Assembly (NCBI GenBank): GCA_963802945.1
Contig: CAWDKY010000016.1
Coordinates: 192,001-256,000 of the forward strand
DNA from: an uncultured delta proteobacterium
GTDB lineage: Bacteria; Desulfobacterota; RBG-13-43-22
DNA: 64,000 nucleotides
Direction: 5' to 3'
The stretch's first letter is position 1. Each line of letters opens with the position of its first letter. This document shows, in pieces, positions 32,271-43,376 of the stretch. The translations under genes and the position numbers were made by a program. Under the pieces are notes generated by a model. It did not search any database. It was given only the letters and a program-made list of their open reading frames with translations, and was not told the origin of the DNA.

Positions 32271-33284
32271 ATGATTGTTCTCGGCATTGAAACCTCCTGT
32301 GATGAAACTGCAGCTTCTGTCTTGAAGGATGGGAAAGGAATCCTTTCCAATGTGGTCTATTCCCAGATCGCCCTTCACCGGCCTTACGGCGGAGTGGTCC
32401 CCGAACTGGCTTCTCGAAGGCATTTGGATAATATCGTTCCGGTGATCGAAGAAGCCCTCACCCAAGCCGGATTGAATTTGGAAGCCATAGAAGGCATTGC
32501 CGTCACCCGAGGACCCGGACTGGTGGGTGCCCTGTTGGTAGGCTTGTGCTTTGCCAAATCGTTATCTGCGGCCAGGCGGATTCCATTATTGGGAATCAAT
32601 CACATCGAAGGCCACATCTGTTCCATTTTTCTTGAAAAGGAAGTCCCCTTTCCTTTTTTATCTTTGACGGTTTCCGGCGGACATACCAGCCTGTTCTTGG
32701 TTAAGGAAATCGGGTCTTATGAGACTTTGGGTCAAACCCGTGATGATGCCGCCGGCGAGGCCTTTGACAAAGTTGCCAAGCTTTTAAATCTGGGGTATCC
32801 GGGTGGAGGGATCATAGAAGCCTTAGCAGAAAAAGGAGAGCCCAGGATTCGGTTCCCCAGGGCCATTCCATCGGCAGATTCCCTGGATTTCAGCTTCAGC
32901 GGGATCAAGACCGCTGTAGTCAATTACGTCAAAGGATTTACGACCCCCCCCAATAGCGAAACAGGATTATCCATTGAGGATATAGCCGCCTCTTTCCAGG
33001 AGGCTGTGGTGGATATGTTGATCAAAAAGGTCACCCAGGCCCGGGAAAAATATAGGATCGAACGTCTGGTCCTGGCTGGAGGGGTGGTCTCTAACGGTTA
33101 CTTACGCCGCCGTTTCCACACTATGGCCTGGGAAGAGGGATTGGATCTATTTATCCCTTCTTCCCATCTTTGCACCGATAATGCAGCCATGATTGCCTGG
33201 GTTGGAAACCATTATCTGGAAAGAGGATACAAGGATTCCCTGGATATCGATGCCTTATCGAGGTGGAAGGTGGGGGCGTCCTAA
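32271..33284 (+). CDS. tsaD: tRNA t6A threonylcarbamoyltransferase
   Basis: LGIETSCDET, GGVVPELASRRH, NHIEGH, DDAAGEAFDK, CTDNAAMI. Confidence 0.96.
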   Translation: MIVLGIETSCDETAASVLKDGKGILSNVVYSQIALHRPYGGVVPELASRRHLDNIVPVIEEALTQAGLNLEAIEGIAVTRGPGLVGALLVGLCFAKSLSAARRIPLLGINHIEGHICSIFLEKEVPFPFLSLTVSGGHTSLFLVKEIGSYETLGQTRDDAAGEAFDKVAKLLNLGYPGGGIIEALAEKGEPRIRFPRAIPSADSLDFSFSGIKTAVVNYVKGFTTPPNSETGLSIEDIAASFQEAVVDMLIKKVTQAREKYRIERLVLAGGVVSNGYLRRRFHTMAWEEGLDLFIPSSHLCTDNAAMIAWVGNHYLERGYKDSLDIDALSRWKVGAS

Positions 33285-33511
33285 AAAATAATTCGGATTT
33301 CGGATTGCGGATTTTGGAATAGAAAAAAAAGAAGGAATTATTTAGAACTGAGAAGAAATAAATGCAGGGTTGAATCCTGAAATCCTATTTTCGTACTAAA
33401 ACACGTGGGATATTAAGTTAGTAACCACACTTGCTTTTGCCATGGGGACCGCACAACCGAAGCGAAAACAGGCCCAAAGAAAAGGGTTCATTGGCCTCTT
33501 TCAGAAATCGA

Positions 33512-34363
33512 CTAGGAAGTCCCGTAACTGTGCAATCCCGACAATAGGAAGTTGACCCCGAAATAGGTAAACAGTACGCAGACAAACCCGATGATCGAAA
33601 GCCAGGCGATTCGGGATCCGTGCCAGCCTTTCATCATCCGGGCATGCAATAGGGCGGCATAAAGCAGCCAGGTGATTAAGGACCAGGTTTCTTTGGGGTC
33701 CCAGCTCCAATACGTCCCCCAGGCCGAATAAGCCCAGATCGAACCCGTGGCGATACCCACGGTCAACAATAAAAATCCGATGATAATCGTCTGGTAAATC
33801 AATTCATCCAGCATTGGAATTCCGGGGAAATAAGACGATAGGCCTTGATGATCCTTTTCCTTTTCGGTTACAGGTTTCTTGGTCAAGTACATGATACTCA
33901 GACTGCAGGAAACAGCAAAGGCTGCATAGCCTAAAAAACAGGTAATGACATGGGCTATCAACCAATTACTTTGCAAGGCCGGGAGTAGGGGCTGGATGCG
34001 GGTGTTGATATCGGGAGAAAAGGAGGCATAGGCCATGGACAGAAAAGCAAAGGGGGTGGCAAAAACTCCGATAGTTCTGGACTTTGTTTTCCATTCAATC
34101 CCGATATAAATCAGGGCGATGGTCCAGGCAAAAAAGATCAAAGACTCATAGAGATTAGAAAGCGGGGCATGACCGAATCCCATTTGATAGGATTCAATCC
34201 AACGCAGGATGATGGCCCCGGTGTGGATAAGAAAAACAATCCGGATGACCCAGCCGGCCAATCGACCCATACTCTGTTTTTTGAACACCAAAAAAATCAG
34301 ATAGAAAAGGGCTGAAAAAAAGTAGCCGAAAGTTACTAAACCAAGTAAAAAAGAACTGTTCAT
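33512..34363 (-). CDS. ccsA: System II cytochrome c biogenesis protein (CcsA/ResC)
   Basis: HAPLSNLYESL, PALQSNWL, WGTYWSWDPKETW, GLHSY. Confidence 0.93.
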   Translation of the reverse strand: MNSSFLLGLVTFGYFFSALFYLIFLVFKKQSMGRLAGWVIRIVFLIHTGAIILRWIESYQMGFGHAPLSNLYESLIFFAWTIALIYIGIEWKTKSRTIGVFATPFAFLSMAYASFSPDINTRIQPLLPALQSNWLIAHVITCFLGYAAFAVSCSLSIMYLTKKPVTEKEKDHQGLSSYFPGIPMLDELIYQTIIIGFLLLTVGIATGSIWAYSAWGTYWSWDPKETWSLITWLLYAALLHARMMKGWHGSRIAWLSIIGFVCVLFTYFGVNFLLSGLHSYGTS

Positions 34364-34364
34364 T

Positions 34365-35726
34365 TCAACTGCTCCGTACCTTCTCAGTTAATTGCTCCAT
34401 TTTGCGGACAAAGGCCCCTCGGTTCTTGTGGGCCGTTCCGCCCATCAAAATTTCCGTCCTTGACTCTCCTTGGGAATCCTTTTTCTCCCTGTTCCAGATC
34501 CAAACCTGTTGATGGGAAAAATAAAAGGTCACAATAAATCCGATAAGCATCAGTGACGCCCCGATCCAGATAAACCAGACCCCCGGGTCCTGATTGACCT
34601 GCAATCCGGTCAGATACTGGGTTTTGAGTTCCTGGACCTTCACATGGAATTCTCCCAGCCGGTTGCCGTGAAACTCGGGGTGGTTGGCCAGGATCCAGCC
34701 CTGATCGACTTCTTCTTGATCTTTAATTAAGATCATTCCTATGGCCGGTCCCATATCCGATAGATTGCTGACGTATCGAACCGCCTGTATGTCAAAAGGG
34801 GTTTTCGGCACAGGAACCCTTTCTTCCATTTTAAGGTCTAATTCCGATTCCTGCCCGCCTTTTTCTAAAGCGAGTTTGATGGAGACGGGAAGCTGATCCC
34901 AAGAGGATTGATAAAAATGGATGCCTTTATAAGAAAAAGGATCATTAACCCGGACAGCGGCCTTCTGCTTTTCTATTCCTTGCTCTTGGATACTCAGATC
35001 CGACCGGTATTCTTTGGGCATCCCGTTGGGGTAGAAGGTCATGGCAAAGTGATCCAATCTGACGGAAAAGCCTAATTTTTTAGGGGGGTAACCCTCTTTG
35101 ATGAAAACCTGGTCTGCGCTCTCTCCTTCCTTGAGTTCCAAAAAGCCTTTAAAACCGTATAAAGACCCGATGATGGCCCCTAAAAAAATAACCAGGACGC
35201 TCAAATGGATCAGGTACACCCCGAAGCGGCTGAATCGACCCTTTTCCAGATAGAAGGCTGTTCCCTGTTCTGAGGAGAGGGGTTTCATCTTTCTAAAGTG
35301 CCAGTCAAACAGGGATTGTGCCCAAGCCCTGGAGTCCAGGGGCGTTTCTTTCAAAGTGAGCTTATGGTGAAAAGGCAGGGTTTCAAACAGATGCTCGGAA
35401 ACGGACCGCGGAAAAGCCATGGCCACCTTCCAGGTGGAAGAAATTCGTTTCAGGGAACAAACCACCAGATTAACGGTCAATAAAACCAAGAGCCATTGAA
35501 ACCACCAGGAATGATACATATCATAAAGCTGAAAAAAGCGAACCAGCTTATCGGCTAATAATCCATAGCGCTGCCCATAAAACGCCAGGGGTTCTCCCTG
35601 GGGCAACACAGTCCCCAGGATGGAGGTTATGGCCAGAGTGATGAGGAGGACCAGGGCCAATCTAATTGAGGAGAAAAAATTAATGATCTCAGACCCGATA
35701 CTTTTTGAAGATTTTGTATTAGCCAT
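34365..35726 (-). CDS. resB: Cytochrome c biogenesis protein ResB/Ccs1
   Basis: FFSSIRLA, SILGTVLPQ, MYHSWWF, GVYLIHLS, VNDPFSYKG..FYQSS, DPG. Confidence 0.9.
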   Translation of the reverse strand: MANTKSSKSIGSEIINFFSSIRLALVLLITLAITSILGTVLPQGEPLAFYGQRYGLLADKLVRFFQLYDMYHSWWFQWLLVLLTVNLVVCSLKRISSTWKVAMAFPRSVSEHLFETLPFHHKLTLKETPLDSRAWAQSLFDWHFRKMKPLSSEQGTAFYLEKGRFSRFGVYLIHLSVLVIFLGAIIGSLYGFKGFLELKEGESADQVFIKEGYPPKKLGFSVRLDHFAMTFYPNGMPKEYRSDLSIQEQGIEKQKAAVRVNDPFSYKGIHFYQSSWDQLPVSIKLALEKGGQESELDLKMEERVPVPKTPFDIQAVRYVSNLSDMGPAIGMILIKDQEEVDQGWILANHPEFHGNRLGEFHVKVQELKTQYLTGLQVNQDPGVWFIWIGASLMLIGFIVTFYFSHQQVWIWNREKKDSQGESRTEILMGGTAHKNRGAFVRKMEQLTEKVRSS

Positions 35727-35877
35727 ATTTGGATAGTTACCATAACTGAAAAGATGGGACAAGTTATTAAATTCTCCGGCCAAGGTCTTTATAAAACAAT
35801 GGGAAGGGATTGGTTGAAAGGATTGACTGGCCGGACTAATTGTGATACTCTTTTAAATACTAAATAAGGCAAAGATT

Positions 35878-37164
35878 ATGTTGGATTTAAAATTGATAAG
35901 GGAAAGATTGGCTTGGGTGCAGGATCGGCTGTCCCTGCGGGGTCAGGATTTGCCCTGGGAGACCTTTGAGTCTTTGGATAAAGAACGGCGGGAGATACTC
36001 CAGGAGGCAGAGACCCTGAAGCATCGTCGGAATACGGTTTCCGACCAGATCGGGCGTTTGAAACAGGAAAAGAAGGAGGCCCGGGAGGCCATTGAGGAAA
36101 TGCGTCAGGTCTCCAAACGGATCAAAGAATTGGATGATTCCCTGGCCGGGATTGAAGAACAATTTTCTGCTATCCTGCTCACCTTGCCTAATATCCCGCA
36201 TGAGACGGTTCCTGTAGGTTATACCAGCGAGGACAATCCGGTTGTTCGGACCTGGGGTGAGAAACCGGTTTTCTCATTTACGCCCCGGCCTCATTGGGAG
36301 ATCGGGGAGAACCTGGATATTCTCGATTTTGAACGGGCCACTCGTATGACCGGAGCCCGTTTTGTGATCTATAAAGGGCTGGGGGCCCGTCTGGAACGGG
36401 CCTTGATCAATTTTATGCTGGAACTGCACACCACCAAACATGGTTACACTGAAATCCTGCCACCTTTTATGGTCAACAGCCAGAGCATGATCGGGACCGG
36501 CCAATTACCCAAATTTCGAGATGAACTATTTAAATTGGAAGGGTGGGATTATTTTCTGATTCCAACGGCCGAAGTACCGGTGACCAATCTCTATCAACAG
36601 GAAATCCTTTCCGCCCAGGAAATGCCCAAATATTTTGTTTCCTATACCCCTTGTTTTCGATCCGAGGCCGGTTCTTACGGCAAGGACACCAGAGGGCTTA
36701 TCCGCCAGCATCAGTTCAATAAGGTGGAATTGGTGAAGTTCTGTGCCCCCGAAGAATCTTATGCTGAACTGGAAGGCTTGCTGCAAAACGCCGAAGAGGT
36801 CCTCAAGCAATTGAATCTGCCTTATCAGGTGGTCAGCCTTTGTACCGGAGATCTCGGATTTGCTTCCGCCAAAACCTATGACATTGAGGTCTGGCTTCCG
36901 GGGCAAAATCTTTATAGGGAAATATCTTCGTGCAGCAATTTTGAAGATTTTCAGGCCCGCCGGGCCAACATCCGTTTCCGTCGGGAAGGGCGGACCAAGA
37001 CCGAATTGGTCCATACGCTCAATGGATCCGGATTGGCCGTAGGCAGAACCCTGGTGGCCCTCCTGGAAAACTACCAGCAGGCAGACGGCAGCGTTTTGAT
37101 CCCGCCGGTCCTCCAGCCTTATATGAACGGCGTCAGTTGTATTAAAAAAAAGGCTGAAGACTGA
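35878..37164 (+). CDS. serS: Seryl-tRNA synthetase
   Basis: [52 protein letters not shown]. Confidence 0.97.
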   Translation: MLDLKLIRERLAWVQDRLSLRGQDLPWETFESLDKERREILQEAETLKHRRNTVSDQIGRLKQEKKEAREAIEEMRQVSKRIKELDDSLAGIEEQFSAILLTLPNIPHETVPVGYTSEDNPVVRTWGEKPVFSFTPRPHWEIGENLDILDFERATRMTGARFVIYKGLGARLERALINFMLELHTTKHGYTEILPPFMVNSQSMIGTGQLPKFRDELFKLEGWDYFLIPTAEVPVTNLYQQEILSAQEMPKYFVSYTPCFRSEAGSYGKDTRGLIRQHQFNKVELVKFCAPEESYAELEGLLQNAEEVLKQLNLPYQVVSLCTGDLGFASAKTYDIEVWLPGQNLYREISSCSNFEDFQARRANIRFRREGRTKTELVHTLNGSGLAVGRTLVALLENYQQADGSVLIPPVLQPYMNGVSCIKKKAED

Positions 37165-37251
37165 AGGCCGAAGGTTTGAGGTTGCACTTCAAAGTTCAAA
37201 GTTAAAAAACCTTAGACCGGATACCTTGACCCTTAGACCCTGTACCCGTGT

Positions 37252-37623
37252 TTATTCGCCGAAATAAGTGGCACAGGCAGAATCCGATTCCCAAACAGAG
37301 ACCTTGCTCACTCGTACCTGATTATCATTCAGATGGCGGCTTAATTCATGAAAGAGATAACGGGCAATGTGTTCCGAGGAAGGATTTTCTACTTGAAAAG
37401 GAGCCAATTCGTTCAGGTACTTGTGGTCCAGCCCATCCAGGACTTCCTGAGTAACAGCTTTCATTTCTCCGAAGTCCCTGACCAGACCTGCTGAATTCAA
37501 TTGGACGGCCCGGACAAAGACCTCCACCTTCCAATTGTGACCATGGAGTTGTTCGCATTTTCCCTGATAATTCCTTAAATGATGGGCGGCTGCAAATTGG
37601 GTGATGATGGTTAGTTCAAACAT
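37252..37623 (-). CDS. queD: 6-carboxytetrahydropterin synthase
   Basis: FAAAHHL, CEQLHGHNW, LDHKYLN, NPSSEHIA, VWES. Confidence 0.93.
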   Translation of the reverse strand: MFELTIITQFAAAHHLRNYQGKCEQLHGHNWKVEVFVRAVQLNSAGLVRDFGEMKAVTQEVLDGLDHKYLNELAPFQVENPSSEHIARYLFHELSRHLNDNQVRVSKVSVWESDSACATYFGE

Positions 37624-37840
37624 GGATCAGGATATCTTTGAAGTTTTTAAAATTTTGAGACGGTTTTGAAACTTTCTGGGCCAGTCCTTTGAGGTCCACT
37701 TGCAAACTGGCTATGTCCTGATGACGTTTTTCTATCAGACGTTCCAGTTCGGTCAGACCGTATTGAACCACCTCGATCTCTTTTTTCAGGAGTTCTTCCT
37801 GTATCCGTTGATTAATTTGTTTGATGAGTCCTGGATCCAT
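37616..37840 (-). CDS. Small coiled-coil hypothetical protein coupled to queD
   Basis: ORF overlaps the queD start; helical heptad pattern. Confidence 0.5.
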   Translation of the reverse strand: MDPGLIKQINQRIQEELLKKEIEVVQYGLTELERLIEKRHQDIASLQVDLKGLAQKVSKPSQNFKNFKDILIHV

Positions 37841-38004
37841 GGCCGATAATGGCTCCCTTGCTCCGGAAATTAATTCAAGTTACGGCAATTGATTATAGTA
37901 TGAAAGAAACCCTCTTCAAAGTCAAGGATTGGTTTAATCATCACTACAGGGTTGACAGGATGAAACAGGCATGCTATTTTTCCTCTAATTGAAGGAGAAT
38001 AATT

Positions 38005-39694
38005 ATGAAACAAAAAAATGCTCTTACTTCATGCCGAAAAGGTTTTTGGGGATTGACTTTTATCCTTGCTTTCTTCCTGACTGCGAACTCTTGGGCTGAA
38101 GGAGTTAAAAAGGTGGCTATCCTTCCTTTTGCCATCAACTCAGCGGAACGGATGGACTTTTTGCGGGAAGGGGTTCAGGACATGCTTGCTTCGCGCCTGA
38201 CCTGGGAAGATAAAGTCCTGGTCCTAGACAGCACCCAGGTTCAGAATATCAGGGAAAAAATATCAGGACTTGTGGATGAAGCCCGCGCTGTTGAGATCGG
38301 AAAACAATTGGGAGTAGATGTGGTCCTTTGGGGCAGTATCAATGTCTTGGGTACCACGGTCAGTCTTGATATTAACTTGGTGGATATTGCCCTTCGCCAG
38401 CCCCTGAAAAAATTCTATGCCCAAGCCAAGAATATGGATGAAGTTATTATCAGGGTCAACGAATTGTCGGACACGATTAATAAAAAGGTGTTTGATCATG
38501 TCCGGAAGTCTCCAACTTCATCGGAGGCGGCAGCTCAACCCAAAAGTCAGGAGCCGTCAGCGGAAAATGCTCCTTCCGGGAAGGCCCCTCTTTCACTTAA
38601 GGGATTTACGATTAACCCCCTTTCTCCTCAGATTATTATCAATGCCGGTGGCTTTGATATGGCCGGTGTCTGGCGAAGCACTATCTTACCTTTTGCTGTT
38701 GTCGACATGGCCTTCGGTGATTTAGAAGGAGACGGCAAAATTGAAACGGTTTTGATCAGCAAGAACCGAGTCTATATCTATCGCTATATTCAAGATAGAT
38801 TCGAGTTGGTCAAAGAGATTCGCGGAGGTCGTTGGGATAATTACCTGAGTGTGGATGTGGCCGACATTCATGGGACCGGGACCCCACAAATTTTTGTTAC
38901 CAATTACCGGGACAACACACTACGATCCTTTACCCTTTCCTGGTCCCAGGGGGAGTATAAAACCATCGCCAAAAATGTCCCTTATTACCTTCGAGTCCAT
39001 CAGTTGCCCGGAAGAGGGGCTGTCCTGTTGGGCCAGCAAAGATATGGCGAGTTGTTTTTTGATGACAAAATAGTCATTCTTTCCTGGAAAGAGGGACGGT
39101 ATGTTGAGGTGGAGCAATTGAAAGTCCCTAAGGGATTGACGGTTTTTGATTTTGTTTTACTGGAAGACAATCCAGACGGTTCTCAAGAGATCCTCCATGT
39201 CAATCGCAATAACCGGTTAATGGTTTTGTCAGAAAAAGGCAAAGCCAAATATTCCAGCAGCGATTCCTACGCGGGTACAATTAACCATCTCAGCCAATCG
39301 TCGAATACCAAAGATTTGTTCGGTGGGCCCGCGGAGGATAAAGAGCTGGCTTATATCCCGGCCCGTTTAGTGGTTACTTCGGTATCAAACCCGGGGAAAA
39401 AGGAGATCATCCTGAATAAAAACAAGGGGTCGTTTTTTAATTTTCTGGACCGGTACCGCGCCTTCAGTAGTGGTGAGATCTATTCCATCTCCTGGGACGG
39501 AGGCAATATGAAAGAAAATTGGAGGACCCCGACCATCAACGATTATATCGCCACTTTCAATGTGGGTGATTTTAAGAATAACGGCCAGAAGCAACTGGTG
39601 GTGGGGGCTGTTCAGAGTACCGGATACCTTTATCTCCGATGGCCGCAGTATCTTGTATAGTTATGATTTGGGAGAGGTTAAACACCGGCCCTAA
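38005..39694 (+). CDS. Exported protein with TolB-N-like and FG-GAP/VCBS beta-propeller regions (late frameshift)
   Basis: Signal peptide, KVAILPF, GDLEGDGKIE, ADIHGTGTPQI, GDFKNNGQKQL. Confidence 0.75.
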
Positions 39695-39706
39695 AACGGG
39701 TCATGT

Positions 39707-39783
39707 GGCGGTGTAGCTCAGGTGGTCAGAGCATGCGGCTCATATCCGCAGTGTCCGGGGTTCAAGTCCCTGCACCGCCACCA
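39707..39783 (+). tRNA. tRNA-Met(CAT), probably elongator
   Basis: GGCGGTG/CACCGCC acceptor stem, TGCGG-CTCATAT-CCGCA anticodon arm, GGTTCAAGTCC T-arm, encoded CCA. Confidence 0.95.
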
Positions 39784-39956
39784 AAAAAAATCTAATTACT
39801 CCAACGGATCAATATACTTTTGATAAGAATTAGAGGCTTTGGGTTTTCCTCTCAAGGCCTCTTTCCTTTATCTTTCCTCCTTGAGGATCTGCGTTGTGGC
39901 CTTGATCATGAGTTGGGCTGATTTCCCGTCCTGAATGCTGATGATGGAGTTGCGGA

Positions 39957-40640
39957 ATGAAAACTTGGGCGTATACATTTTTTTTCATCATGGCCTTTTG
40001 GTTAAGCCTGGGATCGTCCTTCTCCGGTGTTCTTTTTCCTTCCATCCGGCTTTCAGAAACCGATTATCATTTTAAAGAAGTGGAAGAGGGGACCATCCTC
40101 TCCCATGATTATTTGGTGAAGAATACCGGCTCGGCAACCCTTCAAATTCTTGATGTCCGCCCGGGCTGAGGCTGCTCGGTGGCCCATTTCGATCGGGCCA
40201 TCCCCCCTGGAGGGGAGGGGAAAGTGACCTTAACCTTAAATTTAAAAGAATATCAAGGACCGGTCTGGAAATCCGCAACGATCTTAAGCAACGATCCTCA
40301 ACAACCTTCTATTGCCGTGAACTTACACGGTACGGTCCGTCCTCATATTGAAATACGGCCGGCCTCTTTTGTTCAATTCAAGGGAGCAGAAAAGGGAGAT
40401 CAGGAAAGGGTGATTGATTTAATAACCACTTCTCAACCTTTTCAAATCCTGAAGATTGAAAATACCTTGGGGGGAAAAATCGCCTATCAGTTGGAAACCA
40501 AGGTCGAAGGCCGGCATTATCGCCTTAAAATCATTAACCGCCAAAGCAAGGAAAACTATTCGGGAATACTCAAGTGTTTCACCAACCATCCCAAAAAGCC
40601 GGAACTTCAGATCCAAATCAGCGGCACTCTTGGCGGATAG
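39957..40640 (+). CDS. DUF1573 Ig-like exported protein, probable selenoprotein (TGA 40167 read as Sec)
   Basis: ORFs 39957-40169 and 40179-40640 share one frame: KNTGSATLQILDVRPG-U-GCSVAHFDRAIPPGGEG; TGA occupies the first Cys of the CGC motif; hairpin at 40178-40202. Confidence 0.75.
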
Positions 40641-40649
40641 AGGTAAGCG

Positions 40650-41867
40650 ATGCATATTGTGGCCCTGACCCATCTTTTTTTTCCGGCCCAGGGAGGAACG
40701 GAAATCTCCCTTCGGCAATGGACTAAAGAACTGGTTAAAAGAGGACACCAGGTGACCGTGATAACCTCCAATCAGACGGCCCTGGAAGCATTTAAGCGTC
40801 CCCGAACCGACCACTCTTTGAAAGCCGAAGAGGTCCGGGAAGGGATTCGTATCTTACGATTACCCCTTACCCCCAACCAACAATATATCCTGGCCAAAAC
40901 AGGGGCCATGGCCTTGCGAAGCCGTCTGCCCGGCGGAGACCGCCTCTGGTTCATGACCCAGATTCCCCATCTGCCCCAGATGATCAAAACAACCCAGGAG
41001 CTCAATCCGGATTTGATCTATGCCGTTCCGTTTCCGACCGCCACTATCTATTATGCCTCGATGGCCGCTCAAAAAACAGGCTGCCCCTGGGTTATTCAAC
41101 CTCATTTGCATTTGAAAGATATAAACTCCTCTCTAATGAAAATCCTTCGCTGGCTATTCCCCAAGGCTTCGGCCATATTGAGCAATACCTTGGCCGAGAA
41201 GGCTTATCTGATAAAGCAGGGCATTCAAGAAGAAAAGATTCATGCCCTGGGACAGGGAATAGACCTTTCTCTCCTGGCGGGAGGCGATGGCCATCGATTC
41301 CGATCAGACCACGGCCTGACGGATGAACCGTTGATCCTTTTTCTAGGCCGTAAGGTGGAAAACAAAGGGATCGACACCCTGCTGGAAGCCATGCCCTTGA
41401 TCTGGAAAGGGGAAGCTCGGGCGGTTCTAGTCCTGGCCGGTCACTCCAGCCCCTATTTTCAAAGCTTATACTACGGTCATCCTCTATCCCATGATCACCG
41501 AATTATCTCCGTGGATGATTTTCCGGAAGAAGAAAAAAAAGACCTGCTGAAGGCCTGTGATCTTTTGATTCTGCCCTCCCAGGCTGAAAGTTTCGGGGTG
41601 GTATTTCTGGAGGCCTGGGCCAAAGGCAAGCCGGTGATCGGAGCCCGCATACCTGCCGTAGAGGAGATGATCGTTGATGGAGAAGATGGATTTGTGATCC
41701 CTTATGGGGATCCGGTCAGTCTGGCCATCGCGGCCCAAAAACTGATTAAAGATCCCGATCTACGCCAGAGAATGGGAGAAAAGGGAAAATTCAAAGTAGA
41801 GCATGATTTTGAAATCAACCGGGTCACCGATCGCATGGAGGCCTTGTTTTTAAGCCTGATGAAATAA
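40650..41867 (+). CDS. GT4 glycosyltransferase
   Basis: FPAQGGTE, FLGRKVENKGID, LPSQAESFGVVFLEAW. Confidence 0.9.
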   Translation: MHIVALTHLFFPAQGGTEISLRQWTKELVKRGHQVTVITSNQTALEAFKRPRTDHSLKAEEVREGIRILRLPLTPNQQYILAKTGAMALRSRLPGGDRLWFMTQIPHLPQMIKTTQELNPDLIYAVPFPTATIYYASMAAQKTGCPWVIQPHLHLKDINSSLMKILRWLFPKASAILSNTLAEKAYLIKQGIQEEKIHALGQGIDLSLLAGGDGHRFRSDHGLTDEPLILFLGRKVENKGIDTLLEAMPLIWKGEARAVLVLAGHSSPYFQSLYYGHPLSHDHRIISVDDFPEEEKKDLLKACDLLILPSQAESFGVVFLEAWAKGKPVIGARIPAVEEMIVDGEDGFVIPYGDPVSLAIAAQKLIKDPDLRQRMGEKGKFKVEHDFEINRVTDRMEALFLSLMK

Positions 41868-41926
41868 TGACCGTGCCCTTCTCTGAAAAAAAGATTGATG
41901 AGGACAATCCCGCCAGGGCGGGACAG

Positions 41927-42824
41927 ATGGATAATTTTCAACAACCTGTAACGGTATCGGTGGTCATTTGCACCCTCAACCGTGAAGAACCCTTGATCCA
42001 CGTCCTCGAACTTTTAAAGGAGCAGAGCGTCAGCGCCTTTGGAGATCCTGGTTGTCGATCAAAGCCGGGAACACCAATCAACAACCTGGAATTATTTAAG
42101 GGGAAATCAGGACCGCATCCGCTTACTGACCCTTCTTTCCCCATCGACCACTGCCGCCCGCAACCTGGCCCGGAAAGAAGTCAAGGGTGATCTTGTCCTT
42201 TTCTTGGATGATGATGTCCTTTTTTATCCCACTCTGATACAAAATCATCTGGAAAACTATAAGGACCAGAATCCAGGGGCCGTATCCGGCAAGGTCCTTT
42301 ATGACGGAAGTGAGGAAAATGATTTGCCTTGGGCCGCCAGAATCACCTGCAGCGGGAAATACCTACGAAATTTTACCACCAACCAACGATGCCTGGTCCC
42401 TACTCTTTACGGTTGTAACATGTCTATTCGTCGGGACGTCCTTCTGGAAGTCGGAGAATTTGATTTGAATTACTGGGGTAATCTTTTATGGGAAGAAGTG
42501 GACTATGCCCTACAGATCAGAAAACACGGCTATCAAATCCTGTATGATCCCAAGGCGGCCGTCTTTCATGTCATGGCCCAGAAAGGGGGCAGCAGAAACC
42601 CGCCTCCCCGGCAATATCTGGAAAGCACGGTCTTCAACGATTGGTATTTTTTCTTTAAATATATTTCTGTCTGGTTCTGGCCGTTTTTATTGTACCGCCA
42701 GAAAAAAACTTGGCTTCAATATGTTGCGGCCAATAGAGGCAACAGCATCCCCTTGATTAAACAGACGATTCGAGCCTTTCAACTCGCAAAATTAGAGCAG
42801 GGAAAATATTGTCAAAAATTGTAA
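41927..42824 (+). CDS. GT2 glycosyltransferase (frameshifted)
   Basis: VSVVICTLNRE [fs] EILVVDQS, ARN, FLDDD, GCNMS, WEEVD. Confidence 0.85.
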
Positions 42825-42831
42825 AAAAACC

Positions 42832-42860
42832 TTGACTTGTCCTGATTAAGGCATTATAAT
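42832..42860 (+). promoter_or_regulatory. Sigma70 promoter of the cold-shock gene
   Basis: TTGACT-N17-TATAAT. Confidence 0.75.
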
Positions 42861-42867
42861 CATTTAT

Positions 42868-43020
42868 AATAAATCCGTCATCGACCCAGTAAGGTGTGGG
42901 TGACGGTCGAAGTTGGTGAACAAGTCGACGGGCCATGGCATCGGAGATTGTATCCTCGGTGCTTTTTTTTGGCGAGTCGTATCCCAACTTGAGAAATATT
43001 TCAAGAGGAGGGATACGACT
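42868..43020 (+). ncRNA. Structured 5' leader (candidate attenuator/thermosensor)
   Basis: Several hairpins, a terminator-like stem followed by T8, and an 11-bp stem that ends immediately before the ATG. Confidence 0.55.
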
Positions 43021-43224
43021 ATGCCAGAAGGAAAAGTAAAGTGGTTCAACGAGAACAAGGGTTTTGGCTTTATTGAAGTTGATGGTCAGGATAAGGATGT
43101 ATTTATTCACCATTCAGCGATCAGTATGCAGGGCTTTAGAACCTTGCAAGAAGGCCAGCGTGTAAGCTTTGACATCGAGCAGGGCAAAAAAGGCCCGGCT
43201 GCGGTCAATGTAAAAACCCTGTAG
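43021..43224 (+). CDS. Cold-shock protein (CspA family)
   Basis: [24 protein letters not shown]; true start ATG 43021. Confidence 0.96.
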   Translation: MPEGKVKWFNENKGFGFIEVDGQDKDVFIHHSAISMQGFRTLQEGQRVSFDIEQGKKGPAAVNVKTL

Positions 43225-43244
43225 AAGCTCGTTAATCCTAAAGA

Positions 43245-43287
43245 CAAGAGGGGGGGTTGAATTTTTTCAACTCCCCCTCTTTTTTCT
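43245..43287 (+). terminator. Intrinsic (possibly bidirectional) terminator
   Basis: aagagggggggttgaa-tttt-ttcaactccccctctttttt between convergent genes. Confidence 0.8.
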
Positions 43288-43376
43288 TGGAGACCGTTGG
43301 TCAGGGGATGAACGGTTCTTCCCTATTCTGAATTCTGACTCCTGGATTCTGAATTCCCAAGAGTTCAAACATTTTT

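Noticed and set aside
39707-39830. tRNA-Met as an island integration site
   Set aside because: No integrase and no duplicated tRNA 3' end found in the window
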